Source: an uncultured Saprospirales bacterium
GTDB taxonomy: Bacteria; Bacteroidota; Bacteroidia; Chitinophagales; JADIYW01
Length of the DNA stretch: 64,000 bases
Direction: 5' to 3'
Assembly: GCA_938008535.1 (NCBI GenBank)
Contig: CALLKF010000164.1
Location: forward strand, 10,202-74,201
This document shows, piece by piece, positions 10,945 through 22,277 of this stretch (the stretch's first letter is position 1; the number at the start of each line of letters is the position of its first letter). The position numbers and the translations under genes are program-made. Below the pieces are notes generated by a model. The model did not search any database. It was not told the DNA's origin and was given only the letters and a program-made list of their open reading frames with translations.

Positions 10945-11391
10945 TTATTTTGATACTATATTTTCCAAATGATGCGTCAAATGTTGCACATAATCTTCTG
11001 CTATAAATAAAGTAGTGTTTTTAATAGCTGGATTAATATCAAAACTCATCAAAGCCTCATATTTGTCTGCTGGCATTTTTTCTAAGATAGCAATAATCTG
11101 TTTGTTTAGTAAATACCAAAGTTCAACTACATCTTTTTTTTCGCTGTTTTGATAATCATTCATTGCCACCCAATTATCTGGATGGTATCTGACATGAACA
11201 TTCTCTTCATACTGAACTCTAATAAATCGCTGTATATTATTTTGTGCAGAATCTATCAAATGTCCAAGTTCTTCTTGCTTACTCCATTTATTTAGTGCAG
11301 GTTTTTTTGAAAAATTTTCATCATTGGTTTCTTTTAATAATGCATAATATTTAGTAATAGCTGTTTCTAATTCTTGAATTATTTTTTTCAT
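10945..11391 (-). CDS. DinB family protein
   Basis: NKWSKQEELGHLIDSAQNNIQRF...DYVQHLTHHLENI. Confidence 0.75.
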   Translation of the reverse strand: MKKIIQELETAITKYYALLKETNDENFSKKPALNKWSKQEELGHLIDSAQNNIQRFIRVQYEENVHVRYHPDNWVAMNDYQNSEKKDVVELWYLLNKQIIAILEKMPADKYEALMSFDINPAIKNTTLFIAEDYVQHLTHHLENIVSK

Positions 11392-11430
11392 CAGTTTATT
11401 TTATAATTTCCAATGCATGCATTGTAATAA

Positions 11431-13497
<2,067 letters not shown>

Positions 13498-13624
13498 GTT
13501 TTTACAATTACTATTTCTGATTCCAAAGCCATAGGAAAACAGACAGAATATCTAATTTATTCAATCTTAAAAACTGTTAACCAATTCCAATAACTTCTAA
13601 CTTATTGTTATCTTTACCAATAAG

Positions 13625-15643
13625 ATGAATTTTGTTTTCCCATTCTTTCTGTTTGCACTTTTTGCGTTGGCGATTCCAATTATTATTCATCTTTTTTATT
13701 TCAGAAAATACAAAAAAGTTTATTTCTCAGATATTCGTTTCTTGAAACAAGTTCAAGAAGAAAAATCAACTATTGATAAATTGAAGAAACGCTTGATTTT
13801 AGCAACACGATTATTGGCGTTGTTATTCTTAATTTTGGCATTCGCGCAACCATTCATCGGTTCTAATAAAAATAAACTCAATCAAGGCAATGCTGCAGTT
13901 TGCGTTTACATTGATAATTCTTATTCGATGGGTTTGAAAAAAAGTGGCGAAGCTGGCTTGTCTATTGCAAAAACAAAAGCGAAAGAAATTGCAAACGCAT
14001 TTAATACTGGTGATAAATTTTCGTTATTGACAAATGATTTGGAAGGCACGCATCAGCGTTGGATGCAAAAACAAGATTTTTTAGATGCGATTGAAAAAAT
14101 AGAATTGTCACCAAATATTAAAACAATTGACGAGATTTCTAAAAAAGAAGCAACACTTTTTCAATCGTTAAATGTTAAAAATAAATTAGGATTCTTTATT
14201 TCGGATTTCCAAAAAAACATGCTCACTAAAAGCGAAGACACCACATTTATAGCTCATTTTTTAAATATACAAAGTGAAGCAAAAAAAAATTTATTTGTAG
14301 ATTCTTGTTGGTTCGAACAACCTTTATTTACTATGAATACCAATAATAAACTATTGGTTAGAGTAAAAAATGCAGGTAATACCATTGCTGAAAAAATTCG
14401 TGTTTCTGTTAAAATAAATGGCATTGTAAAAGCAATTGATGATATAACTATTGAACCGGAAAATTCTGTTATCGATTCATTCAATATTACATCAACGCAA
14501 GCTGGTTGGCAAAAAGCAGAAATCACTTTTAACGATTATCCAATTACATTTGATGATCATTTTTATTTTGCTTATAAAGTTGCACAAACCGAAGAAATAT
14601 TATCGATTGATGATACCGAAACACCCAATAATATTGCATCCATTTTTACAAATGATGCACATTTTAGTTTTGATAAAATCAATAAAGGCCAACTCGATTA
14701 TTCATCTTTTAAGAATTATTCGCTCATTATTTTAAATCAATTAACAGAAATAAGTTTAGGAATTGCATCGTCATTAAAAGAATATATTGATAATGGCGGA
14801 AACGTATATATTATTCCAAGTGTGAATGCAGATGTCAATTCTTATAACTCTTTTTTATCCAATAATAATGCTGGAAGTTTTGGTGCGCTGCAAGTAAAAT
14901 ATGGTGAAGTCACCAAAATAAATTTACAAGAAGAATTATTTAAATCGGTGTTTAATAATGTTCCCAAAAATGTGGAAACGCCAAAAATAAAAAAACTATA
15001 TCCAATTTTATCAAATACAAATAATAACGAACGCGAAATTTTATCAACGAATATTGGTTCGCCATTGGTTGCCAAATTTGATGCTGGAAATGGTTTTGTG
15101 TATGTGCAAGCGGTACCGTTAAGTGCTGATTTTTCTGACATTCAAGCTAATGCTATTTTTGTTCCGATGGTGTATAACAGTGCAGTTTATAAAAAAAATA
15201 AACAAGCATTATATTACACCATTGGAAAAGATAATTTGATAGAATTGAAAAACTCAAACACGAACGGTGAAAGTGTGTATAAATTATCGAATGGCAAAAA
15301 TGAATTTATTCCTGAAAATCGTTCGGTTGGAAACAGTGTGTTGTTGCGTGTAAATAATACATTGGAAAGCGATGGACATTACACTATAAACTCAAATAAC
15401 ACGGAACTCGGCATCGCAGCATTTAATTTTGACAGAACCGAATCTAACTTAAAATTTGCATCAAATGACGAAATCGCAACCACATTTAACAAAAAAAATC
15501 AATTGATTCTAGACAATACAAAAGCAAATTTATCAGCAGCAATAAAACAAATAAAAGATGGCGTTTTACTTTGGAAAATTTGCGTAATTTTGTCCTTATT
15601 GTTTTTGTTGATTGAAATACTGTTGATACGATTTTGGAAATAA
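13625..15643 (+). CDS. BatA/aerotolerance-regulator N-terminal domain membrane protein
   Basis: MNFVFPFFLFALFALAIPIIIHLFYFRKYKKVYFSDIRFLKQVQEE...; VWA-like region with DNSYSM; C-terminal TM segment. Confidence 0.85.
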   Translation: MNFVFPFFLFALFALAIPIIIHLFYFRKYKKVYFSDIRFLKQVQEEKSTIDKLKKRLILATRLLALLFLILAFAQPFIGSNKNKLNQGNAAVCVYIDNSYSMGLKKSGEAGLSIAKTKAKEIANAFNTGDKFSLLTNDLEGTHQRWMQKQDFLDAIEKIELSPNIKTIDEISKKEATLFQSLNVKNKLGFFISDFQKNMLTKSEDTTFIAHFLNIQSEAKKNLFVDSCWFEQPLFTMNTNNKLLVRVKNAGNTIAEKIRVSVKINGIVKAIDDITIEPENSVIDSFNITSTQAGWQKAEITFNDYPITFDDHFYFAYKVAQTEEILSIDDTETPNNIASIFTNDAHFSFDKINKGQLDYSSFKNYSLIILNQLTEISLGIASSLKEYIDNGGNVYIIPSVNADVNSYNSFLSNNNAGSFGALQVKYGEVTKINLQEELFKSVFNNVPKNVETPKIKKLYPILSNTNNNEREILSTNIGSPLVAKFDAGNGFVYVQAVPLSADFSDIQANAIFVPMVYNSAVYKKNKQALYYTIGKDNLIELKNSNTNGESVYKLSNGKNEFIPENRSVGNSVLLRVNNTLESDGHYTINSNNTELGIAAFNFDRTESNLKFASNDEIATTFNKKNQLILDNTKANLSAAIKQIKDGVLLWKICVILSLLFLLIEILLIRFWK

Positions 15644-15652
15644 AATATAACC

Positions 15653-16906
15653 ATGAAATACCTTATTAAAAATTCTACTCTTTTAAATCCTGATTCTGAA
15701 TTGATGAATGGTCAAAAGATAGACTGGTTGATTGAAGATGGTATCATGACATCTGTAACTGAAAACTCATCATTAGCTGATGCAGAAATTTTTGATGCGG
15801 CAAATTGCTACTTAGCTGCTGGTTTTTGCGATCTATCTGTCAACATAAATGATCCAGGTTTTGAATATCGTGAAGATATTGAATCTGTCTCTAAGGCAGC
15901 AATTGCTGGTGGTTTCACTACAATTTGCGCGGTTGCCAACAATCATCCAATTACGCAAACCAAAGCGCAAGTAGAATACGTTCTCAATAATGCAAAAAAT
16001 ACTGTGATAACTATTTTACCAATTGGTGCAGTTACTGAAAATTTTGACGGCAAAACACCAACCGAAATGTATGATATGCATCATGCTGGTGCTATTGCTT
16101 TTTCAGATGTGCCGCACAGTATAAAAGACAGCGGTGTTTTGTTGCGTGCATTGCAATATGTGCAACCGTTTGATGGCTTGATTATTGCATTGCCATTTGA
16201 TAAAACATTGGTTGGCGATGGACAAGTAAATGAAAGCGAAGTTTCTGTAAAAATGGGTGTGAAAGGCATCACTAATTTATCTGAATTTTCAGTTGTACAA
16301 CGTGATATTGAATTACTAAAATACGCTGGAGGAAAATTGCATATTGTTGGAATTTCCACAAAAGAAAGTGTAGATTTAATTAGAAAAGCGAAAGCAGAAA
16401 AATTAAACATTACTTGTTCGGTTTTTGTGCATCATTTAATTAGCAATGAAAATGATGTGAAAAATTTTGATTCAAACTATAAAGTATTTCCACCATTGAG
16501 AACGCTGGAAGACCAACAATCATTGATAGATGCTCTGAAAGATGGAACAATAGATTGTATTTCCACTCAACATACACCATTAAATATCGACGAAAAAAAT
16601 GTGGAATTTGAAATTGCTGATTTCGGAATGATTGGTTTGCAAACTGCGTTTGGTTTATTAAATAAAAAATTAGAAAACGAAATTTCTAAAGAAAAACTAA
16701 TCGAATTATTATCAAACAATCCGAGAAAAATAATCAATCAATCAAATCAAAGTTCTGAGTTTATCATTTTGAATTTTGACGAAGAATATATTTACACAGA
16801 AAAAGACAATCTTTCCAAATCAAAAAATTCTCCATACTTTAACCAATCATTAAAAGGAAAAGTGAAAGCCGTTTTTGCAAAAGGAAAATTAATTATAAAC
16901 AACTAA
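15653..16906 (+). CDS. Dihydroorotase-like amidohydrolase, predicted non-catalytic
   Basis: Overall DHOase architecture (AGFCDLSVNINDPGFEYREDIESVSKAAIAGGFTTICAVAN), but HxH and TDHAPH motifs are degenerate. Confidence 0.8.
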   Translation: MKYLIKNSTLLNPDSELMNGQKIDWLIEDGIMTSVTENSSLADAEIFDAANCYLAAGFCDLSVNINDPGFEYREDIESVSKAAIAGGFTTICAVANNHPITQTKAQVEYVLNNAKNTVITILPIGAVTENFDGKTPTEMYDMHHAGAIAFSDVPHSIKDSGVLLRALQYVQPFDGLIIALPFDKTLVGDGQVNESEVSVKMGVKGITNLSEFSVVQRDIELLKYAGGKLHIVGISTKESVDLIRKAKAEKLNITCSVFVHHLISNENDVKNFDSNYKVFPPLRTLEDQQSLIDALKDGTIDCISTQHTPLNIDEKNVEFEIADFGMIGLQTAFGLLNKKLENEISKEKLIELLSNNPRKIINQSNQSSEFIILNFDEEYIYTEKDNLSKSKNSPYFNQSLKGKVKAVFAKGKLIINN

Positions 16907-17341
16907 ATGAGCAACGAACAACCAACAGAAACAAATCCGCGTGGTGCATTAAGTGGCATTTTAATTACATTAATAGCAGCACTTGTATCTACCTTGTTTT
17001 TTGCATCTTTTTTCACCTTAGCATACATCAAACACATGCCTTACGGCAGACCGCAAGCTATGATTTTACAGGTAACAGCCATCGCATTTGCGGTAGTGCT
17101 TACTCTCTATTTATCTAGAAAAGTACAAGGCGACAAATTGAGTTACATGCAAGGTTTTTTAGGTGGCTGGATGACGAGTTTAGTATTAGCGTTGTTCGTT
17201 TCATCTTTCTACTCTATTTTTTCATCTATCACCAAAACACCAACGATGCCAACTGGTGGATTCGCTATGATTGTGATGTTATATAGCGCAATCGGCATGT
17301 TATTTTCGCTAGTATCAGCAATTATCTTTAAAAAAGATTAA
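16907..17341 (+). CDS. DUF4199-like membrane protein
   Basis: 144 aa, four predicted hydrophobic segments; start abuts the upstream stop. Confidence 0.6.
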   Translation: MSNEQPTETNPRGALSGILITLIAALVSTLFFASFFTLAYIKHMPYGRPQAMILQVTAIAFAVVLTLYLSRKVQGDKLSYMQGFLGGWMTSLVLALFVSSFYSIFSSITKTPTMPTGGFAMIVMLYSAIGMLFSLVSAIIFKKD

Positions 17342-17400
17342 TTTCTTTTTTCTCAGAATAAATAAAGTTATTTTTGCAGTCGTAAATCGTATATCACAAA

Positions 17401-18342
17401 TTGAACATCAGTATAGTCATACCACTATTTAACGAAGAAGAATCGTTGCCAGAATTATTTACTTGGATTGAAAAAGTGATGACGGAAAATAATTTTACAT
17501 ATGAAGTCATTGCAGTTGATGATGGCAGCAAAGACACTTCGTGGAAAGTGATTAAAGATTTTTCGCAGAAAAATCCAAATATAAAAGGCATACATTTTCA
17601 ACGCAACTATGGAAAATCTGCAGCGTTGCAAGTTGGTTTCGAAACAGTACAAGGCGATGTAGTGATTACCATGGATGCTGATTTGCAAGATTCGCCAGAT
17701 GAAATTCCTGATTTATATAAAATGATTTCAGTTGATGGCTTTGATTTGGTTTCTGGCTGGAAGAAAAAACGCTACGATCCACTTTCAAAAACTATTCCAA
17801 CCAAGTTATTTAATTTTGCAACTCGCAAAGTTTCTGACATAAACAATCTGCATGATTTTAATTGTGGTTTGAAAGCTTATAAAAAAGAAGTGGTAAAAAA
17901 TATTGAAGTGTATGGTGAAATGCATCGTTATATTCCTGTAATTGCAAAATGGAGTGGCTACGATAAAATCACTGAAAAAGCAGTGCAACATCAGGAACGA
18001 AAATACGGAAAAACAAAATTTGGATTAGAGCGATTTGTAAATGGTTTTTTAGATTTAATGAGCATCACTTTTGTCGGAAGATTTGGCAAAAGACCTATGC
18101 ATTTATTTGGTACACTCGGTATCCTTTCCTTTTTATTAGGCGTTTTTATTCTCATTTATTTAACGATTACAAAAACAGTTTTTGGCGTTGTAGGTATGAC
18201 AAACAGACCTATTTTTTACCTTGGAATTCTAACCATTATTGTTGGTGCTCAACTTTTTGTAGCTGGCTTTTTAGGCGAACTCATCGCAAGAAATGGTGCT
18301 GACAGAAACCATTATAATATTGGCGAAAAGGTCGGATTTTAA
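17401..18342 (+). CDS. Glycosyltransferase family 2 (DPM1/undecaprenyl-phosphate sugar transferase-like)
   Basis: MNISIVIPLFNEEESLPELFTWIEKV...AVDDGSKDTSW...MDADLQDSPDEI, two C-terminal TMs. Confidence 0.93.
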   Translation: MNISIVIPLFNEEESLPELFTWIEKVMTENNFTYEVIAVDDGSKDTSWKVIKDFSQKNPNIKGIHFQRNYGKSAALQVGFETVQGDVVITMDADLQDSPDEIPDLYKMISVDGFDLVSGWKKKRYDPLSKTIPTKLFNFATRKVSDINNLHDFNCGLKAYKKEVVKNIEVYGEMHRYIPVIAKWSGYDKITEKAVQHQERKYGKTKFGLERFVNGFLDLMSITFVGRFGKRPMHLFGTLGILSFLLGVFILIYLTITKTVFGVVGMTNRPIFYLGILTIIVGAQLFVAGFLGELIARNGADRNHYNIGEKVGF

Positions 18343-18469
18343 GTTAATTATTATCTTTATAAACTATAACCTATACTGCATATCATTTTGATTTGTTTAG
18401 TTTAATCACTAATTTAACAGTGCGTTTCTCAAATGTAGCAATTCATAGAAATTGAATTAAAATAATAAA

Positions 18470-19246
18470 ATGTATAATTTAACACAAGAATACGACAAAT
18501 ACACCAAAGAAGATTTTTTAGTATGGAAGTTATTGTATCAGCGACAAAGTGTGTTACTCCAAAACATGGCGTCGAAGGAGTTTATTCACGGAATGGAAGA
18601 AATGCATTTTAATGCAGATAAAATTCCAGATTTTAATCACGTAAATAAAGTATTGGCAAATACTACAGGCTGGCAAATTGAAGTAGTACCTGGTTTAATT
18701 CCAGATAAAGATTTTTTTGAATTGTTAGCTAATAAAAAGTTTCCATCTTCTACTTGGTTGCGTAAATTAGAGAACTTAGATTATTTAGAAGAACCTGATA
18801 TGTTTCATGATTGTTTTGCGCACATGCCATTATTAAGCGAACAATTTTTTGTAGATTATTTGCAAGAGATTTCCAAAATAGCATTAAAACATATTGATGA
18901 TGCATTAGCTATAGAATTGATTGGTCGAGTGTATTGGTTTACAGTAGAATTTGGTTTGATACAACAGGAAAATGGCATGCGTATTTATGGAGCAGGCATT
19001 TTATCTTCAAGTGGTGAAAGTATTTTTAGTGTTGGTGATAAATCCAATCGATTGCCGTTTAATGTGAAGGACATGATGGAAAAGCATTACTATAAAGATC
19101 ATTTCCAGGACAGATATTATGTGATTAATAGTTACAAAGAATTATTTGATGCGATTCCGGAAATTGAAAGTTTATTAGAACACGCATTAAAATCAATACC
19201 ACACGAAAAAAATATTTATGCAACACCATTGGATATAAATTTGTAG
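18470..19246 (+). CDS. phhA: Phenylalanine 4-monooxygenase
   Basis: VPGLIPDKDFFELLANKKFPSSTWLR...YLEEPDMFHDCFAHMPLL...YWFTVEFGLIQ, the Fe-binding H-H-E region of aromatic amino acid hydroxylases. Confidence 0.92.
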   Translation: MYNLTQEYDKYTKEDFLVWKLLYQRQSVLLQNMASKEFIHGMEEMHFNADKIPDFNHVNKVLANTTGWQIEVVPGLIPDKDFFELLANKKFPSSTWLRKLENLDYLEEPDMFHDCFAHMPLLSEQFFVDYLQEISKIALKHIDDALAIELIGRVYWFTVEFGLIQQENGMRIYGAGILSSSGESIFSVGDKSNRLPFNVKDMMEKHYYKDHFQDRYYVINSYKELFDAIPEIESLLEHALKSIPHEKNIYATPLDINL

Positions 19247-19252
19247 AAATAG

Positions 19253-19345
19253 CATCACAGAGAACTCTAAGAACACACAAAGTTTTACAGAGTTTTTTAT
19301 AAAAACGCTGTTATCTCTGTGATTTTCTCTGAGTAACTCAGTGAT
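19253..19345. repeat. Non-coding repeat-like segment (copy A)
   Basis: Shares cacagaga, ttttataaaaa, aaaaacgctgt and ctgtgat blocks, in the same order, with 19548-19625. Confidence 0.4.
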
Positions 19346-19363
19346 ACCAAAAAGATACAGTAA

Positions 19364-19519
19364 ATGAAAAAGCAAACACTCAAACAAATAAAATCAAGTG
19401 TAAGAAAGAAGCAAATTAAAGATGGTTTTTTTGATGGAAGATTTGCACCTAAAACACAACCTAATAAAAAGAAAGTGCAGAATAAAAGACAATGTCGGTT
19501 AAAAATTTCACTTGAATAA
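19364..19519 (+). CDS. Possible 51-aa basic small protein
   Basis: Manual translation MKKQTLKQIKSSVRKKQIKDGFFDGRFAPKTQPNKKKVQNKRQCRLKISLE*; lies between the two repeat-like segments. Confidence 0.35.
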   Translation: MKKQTLKQIKSSVRKKQIKDGFFDGRFAPKTQPNKKKVQNKRQCRLKISLE

Positions 19520-19547
19520 AAAATAATATCATAGCATGCTCGAAGGA

Positions 19548-19625
19548 AAACACAGAGAAAATAAATAATTTTATAAAAATAAAAACGCTGTGGCCTCAGT
19601 GAAAACTCAGAGTTTTCTGTGATAA
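19548..19625. repeat. Non-coding repeat-like segment (copy B)
   Basis: aacacagagaaa...ttttataaaaataaaaacgctgtggcctcagtgaaaactcagagttttctgtgat, similar in order to copy A. Confidence 0.4.
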
Positions 19626-19641
19626 AAAAATAAAACGAAAA

Positions 19642-20505
19642 ATGAAAACAATCATACCCAAAGAAACAGGTTTAAAAGAAATATCTAATTTTTTTACATC
19701 GGCAATTGTACCGCGACCAGTTGCCTTTGTGAGTACGATAGATGAAAACGGAACACCGAATTTGAGTCCGTTTTCTTTCTTTAATATTTTTAGTTCCAAT
19801 CCACCAATTCTTATTTTTTCACCAGCAAAAAGTGCATTAACTGGCAAACAAAAAGATACTTACTATAATGTAAAAACCAATGCAGAATGCGTGATTCACA
19901 TAGCAAACTATGCTATGGTAGAACAATTATCAGTAACCAGCGGTGCTTATCCATCTGGTGTAAATGAGTTTATAAAAGGTGGTTTTACGGAAGAAAAATC
20001 TACTTTAGTAAAACCACCACGTATAAAAGAAGCGCCTATTGCATTTGAGTGCAAAGTGAATCAAATTATAGAATTAGGTGACACAGGTGGTTCTGGAAAT
20101 TTAGTGATTTGCAAAATTGTACTGATTCACGTAGATGAAAATTTATTAGATGCTAACGGAAATGTGATTGCAGAAAAACTAGATCCTATTGCACGTTTAG
20201 GTTATAACAATTATGTGCGATTCACGAAAGACGATATTTTTGAAACGCCAAAACCATTGAAAGCCTTTGGCGTTGGCGTTGATGCCATTCCACAATGGAT
20301 AAGAGAGGAAAAAATTTTAGATGGAAATGAATTAGGAAAATTAGCCAGCATTGCAGAAATTCCAAACAAAGAAGAAATTAAAGACGATAGCGAATTAGTA
20401 GAATTAATTTCCGATTATAAAGATCAAAGCATCAACGAGCTCAAAAGATTATTGAGTGAAAATAAAATTAAAGAAGCTTGGTTGGTGTTGTTGAATGTGA
20501 AGTGA
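19642..20505 (+). CDS. Flavin reductase-like domain protein (FMN-binding)
   Basis: SAIVPRPVAFVSTIDENGTPNLSPFSFFNIFSSNPPILIFSPA. Confidence 0.88.
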   Translation: MKTIIPKETGLKEISNFFTSAIVPRPVAFVSTIDENGTPNLSPFSFFNIFSSNPPILIFSPAKSALTGKQKDTYYNVKTNAECVIHIANYAMVEQLSVTSGAYPSGVNEFIKGGFTEEKSTLVKPPRIKEAPIAFECKVNQIIELGDTGGSGNLVICKIVLIHVDENLLDANGNVIAEKLDPIARLGYNNYVRFTKDDIFETPKPLKAFGVGVDAIPQWIREEKILDGNELGKLASIAEIPNKEEIKDDSELVELISDYKDQSINELKRLLSENKIKEAWLVLLNVK

Positions 20506-20538
20506 AAATATTTCAATTTTTTATTTTAACTTTAATAC

Positions 20539-20766
20539 ATGGAACAATTAGTAATAGATATTGAATCTAATGATGATGCACAATTAATAAAAGAACTGCT
20601 TAAACGATTTAAAAAAGTAGAAGTGAAAAGTTTTGCTTCTGATATTAATGAAAAAGAAATGCAGTTTAGAATACAACAAGGTATTAAAGATGCAGATTTT
20701 GGAAATGTGAAAGATTGGAATACAGTAAAGACAGAATTGGCAACTAAAATTGTACAATATAAATAA
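20539..20766 (+). CDS. Putative antitoxin of a type II toxin-antitoxin pair
   Basis: 75-aa small protein directly upstream (0-nt gap) of a ParE-like toxin; Bacteroidota-type antitoxin composition. Confidence 0.7.
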   Translation: MEQLVIDIESNDDAQLIKELLKRFKKVEVKSFASDINEKEMQFRIQQGIKDADFGNVKDWNTVKTELATKIVQYK

Positions 20767-21078
20767 ATGTTTAAAATTATAGTTACTGAAAATACGGAAC
20801 AATCATTAAATGAAATTATTGATTTCTATTTTACAGAACACACCATAGACAGAACACAAAAAGTATTAGATAGTATAGATGAAGCATTTATAAAAATTGC
20901 GAAATCACCTTTTCATTTTCCAATATGTTTTGATGTCAGAGCACCACAGGAAAATATTCGACAATTTATTTTACACGATACTTTTAAAATTATCTATAGA
21001 ATTCAACCTGATAGAATTGAGATAATTGAAATTTTTCATGGAAGAAGAAATCCTGAAATTATAAAAGAAGTTGATTAA
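20767..21078 (+). CDS. RelE/ParE family toxin
   Basis: MFKIIVTENTEQSLNEIIDFY...RQFILHDTFKIIYRIQPDRIEIIEIFHGRRNPEI, characteristic ParE C-terminal pattern. Confidence 0.85.
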   Translation: MFKIIVTENTEQSLNEIIDFYFTEHTIDRTQKVLDSIDEAFIKIAKSPFHFPICFDVRAPQENIRQFILHDTFKIIYRIQPDRIEIIEIFHGRRNPEIIKEVD

Positions 21079-21079
21079 G

Positions 21080-21460
21080 TTATTTCATCACTACATACAT
21101 TTGCCACGCGCCAAATCCAACACACCAGATATTGATAAATGCATTTAGGATGCCATCGATAATGCCAACATTATACATTCCATTTAAAATGTTGAAACTA
21201 AAATCACACAAACCTAAAAACAGCATCGCACCAGCAGCCACTAAGGTGTAATCTTTCCATTTAATATTGTTTCTATTGAAGTAAGCTATCAATAAAACAA
21301 TACATAAAAAACTATCAGGCAACGGAAAGCTATGTTCGAACTTACTATAATAGCTTGGATAATTTGGATTCTCAAAACCAAAAGTAAAAAACGCTGTCCA
21401 GAATAAAATTAATCCAATAGCAGTTAACAGTTGTAGAGTATAGGTTGTTTTGAATTGCAT
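21080..21460 (-). CDS. Hypothetical membrane protein
   Basis: 126 aa with four hydrophobic segments. Confidence 0.6.
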   Translation of the reverse strand: MQFKTTYTLQLLTAIGLILFWTAFFTFGFENPNYPSYYSKFEHSFPLPDSFLCIVLLIAYFNRNNIKWKDYTLVAAGAMLFLGLCDFSFNILNGMYNVGIIDGILNAFINIWCVGFGAWQMYVVMK

Positions 21461-22276
21461 TTATTTTTGCTGTACTTTTTTAATACTCAAGTTCATAATA
21501 AAATCTACTAAACCAGGAAAAAACCGTTTTAAAATTAATGACATTTTTCCATCAAATCCTGGAATTATCATTTTTTTATTTTTTTGAATGCCTTTTAAAA
21601 CAGCATTTGCAACAAATTCTGGTTGTAATAATTTGGCATTTCCTGCAATTGCTTTTGTTTCTGCTGGCTTCGTTATATTTTCTGCTTCTAGTCCAGGTGT
21701 ATCTGTATCTGGTGGACATAAAACAGATACGGAAATGTTATAACGTTTTAGCTCTTGACGAAGTGCGTCAGAAAAACCAATGATACCAAATTTTGTCATA
21801 CAATAATCGGTATAACCGAAAACACCAATAAAACCTGCTACAGACGATGTATTCATAATATAACCACCTTTCTGTTTCATGTGAGGCAATATATTATAAA
21901 CGGAATTCCAGGTAGAATATAAATTCGTTTTAATTAACTTATCAAAACTTTCAAACGTAATATTTTCAAAATAATCTGGTTGTGCAATACCAACGCAATT
22001 GATTAAAATATCAGGAATGCCATTTTCTAAAATTGCTTTTTCAAAAACCGTTTTAACATCATTATTATCTGAAGTATCAACGCTGTAATAATATACTTTC
22101 TGCGATTGATTTTTTTGAACAGATTTTATTTCATCGACTGCACTTTCTAGTTTATTTATGGTTCTGGCAAAAATAACTACATTGCTACCTTCTATAGCCA
22201 ATGCTTTGGCAACTGCTAAGCCAATACCAGTAGAACCACCAGTAATAAATGCTGTTTTGTTTTGATAAAAACTCAT
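21461..22276 (-). CDS. Short-chain dehydrogenase/reductase (3-ketosphinganine reductase-like)
   Basis: TAFITGGSTGIGLAVAKALA...INCVG...SSVAGFIGVFGYTDYCMTKFG. Confidence 0.85.
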   Translation of the reverse strand: MSFYQNKTAFITGGSTGIGLAVAKALAIEGSNVVIFARTINKLESAVDEIKSVQKNQSQKVYYYSVDTSDNNDVKTVFEKAILENGIPDILINCVGIAQPDYFENITFESFDKLIKTNLYSTWNSVYNILPHMKQKGGYIMNTSSVAGFIGVFGYTDYCMTKFGIIGFSDALRQELKRYNISVSVLCPPDTDTPGLEAENITKPAETKAIAGNAKLLQPEFVANAVLKGIQKNKKMIIPGFDGKMSLILKRFFPGLVDFIMNLSIKKVQQK

Positions 22277-22277
22277 G

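Noticed and set aside
8348-11391. Two DinB-family genes as a bacillithiol or detoxification system
   Set aside because: Separated by unrelated genes and lacking diagnostic partners; DinB-fold proteins are common in this phylum.
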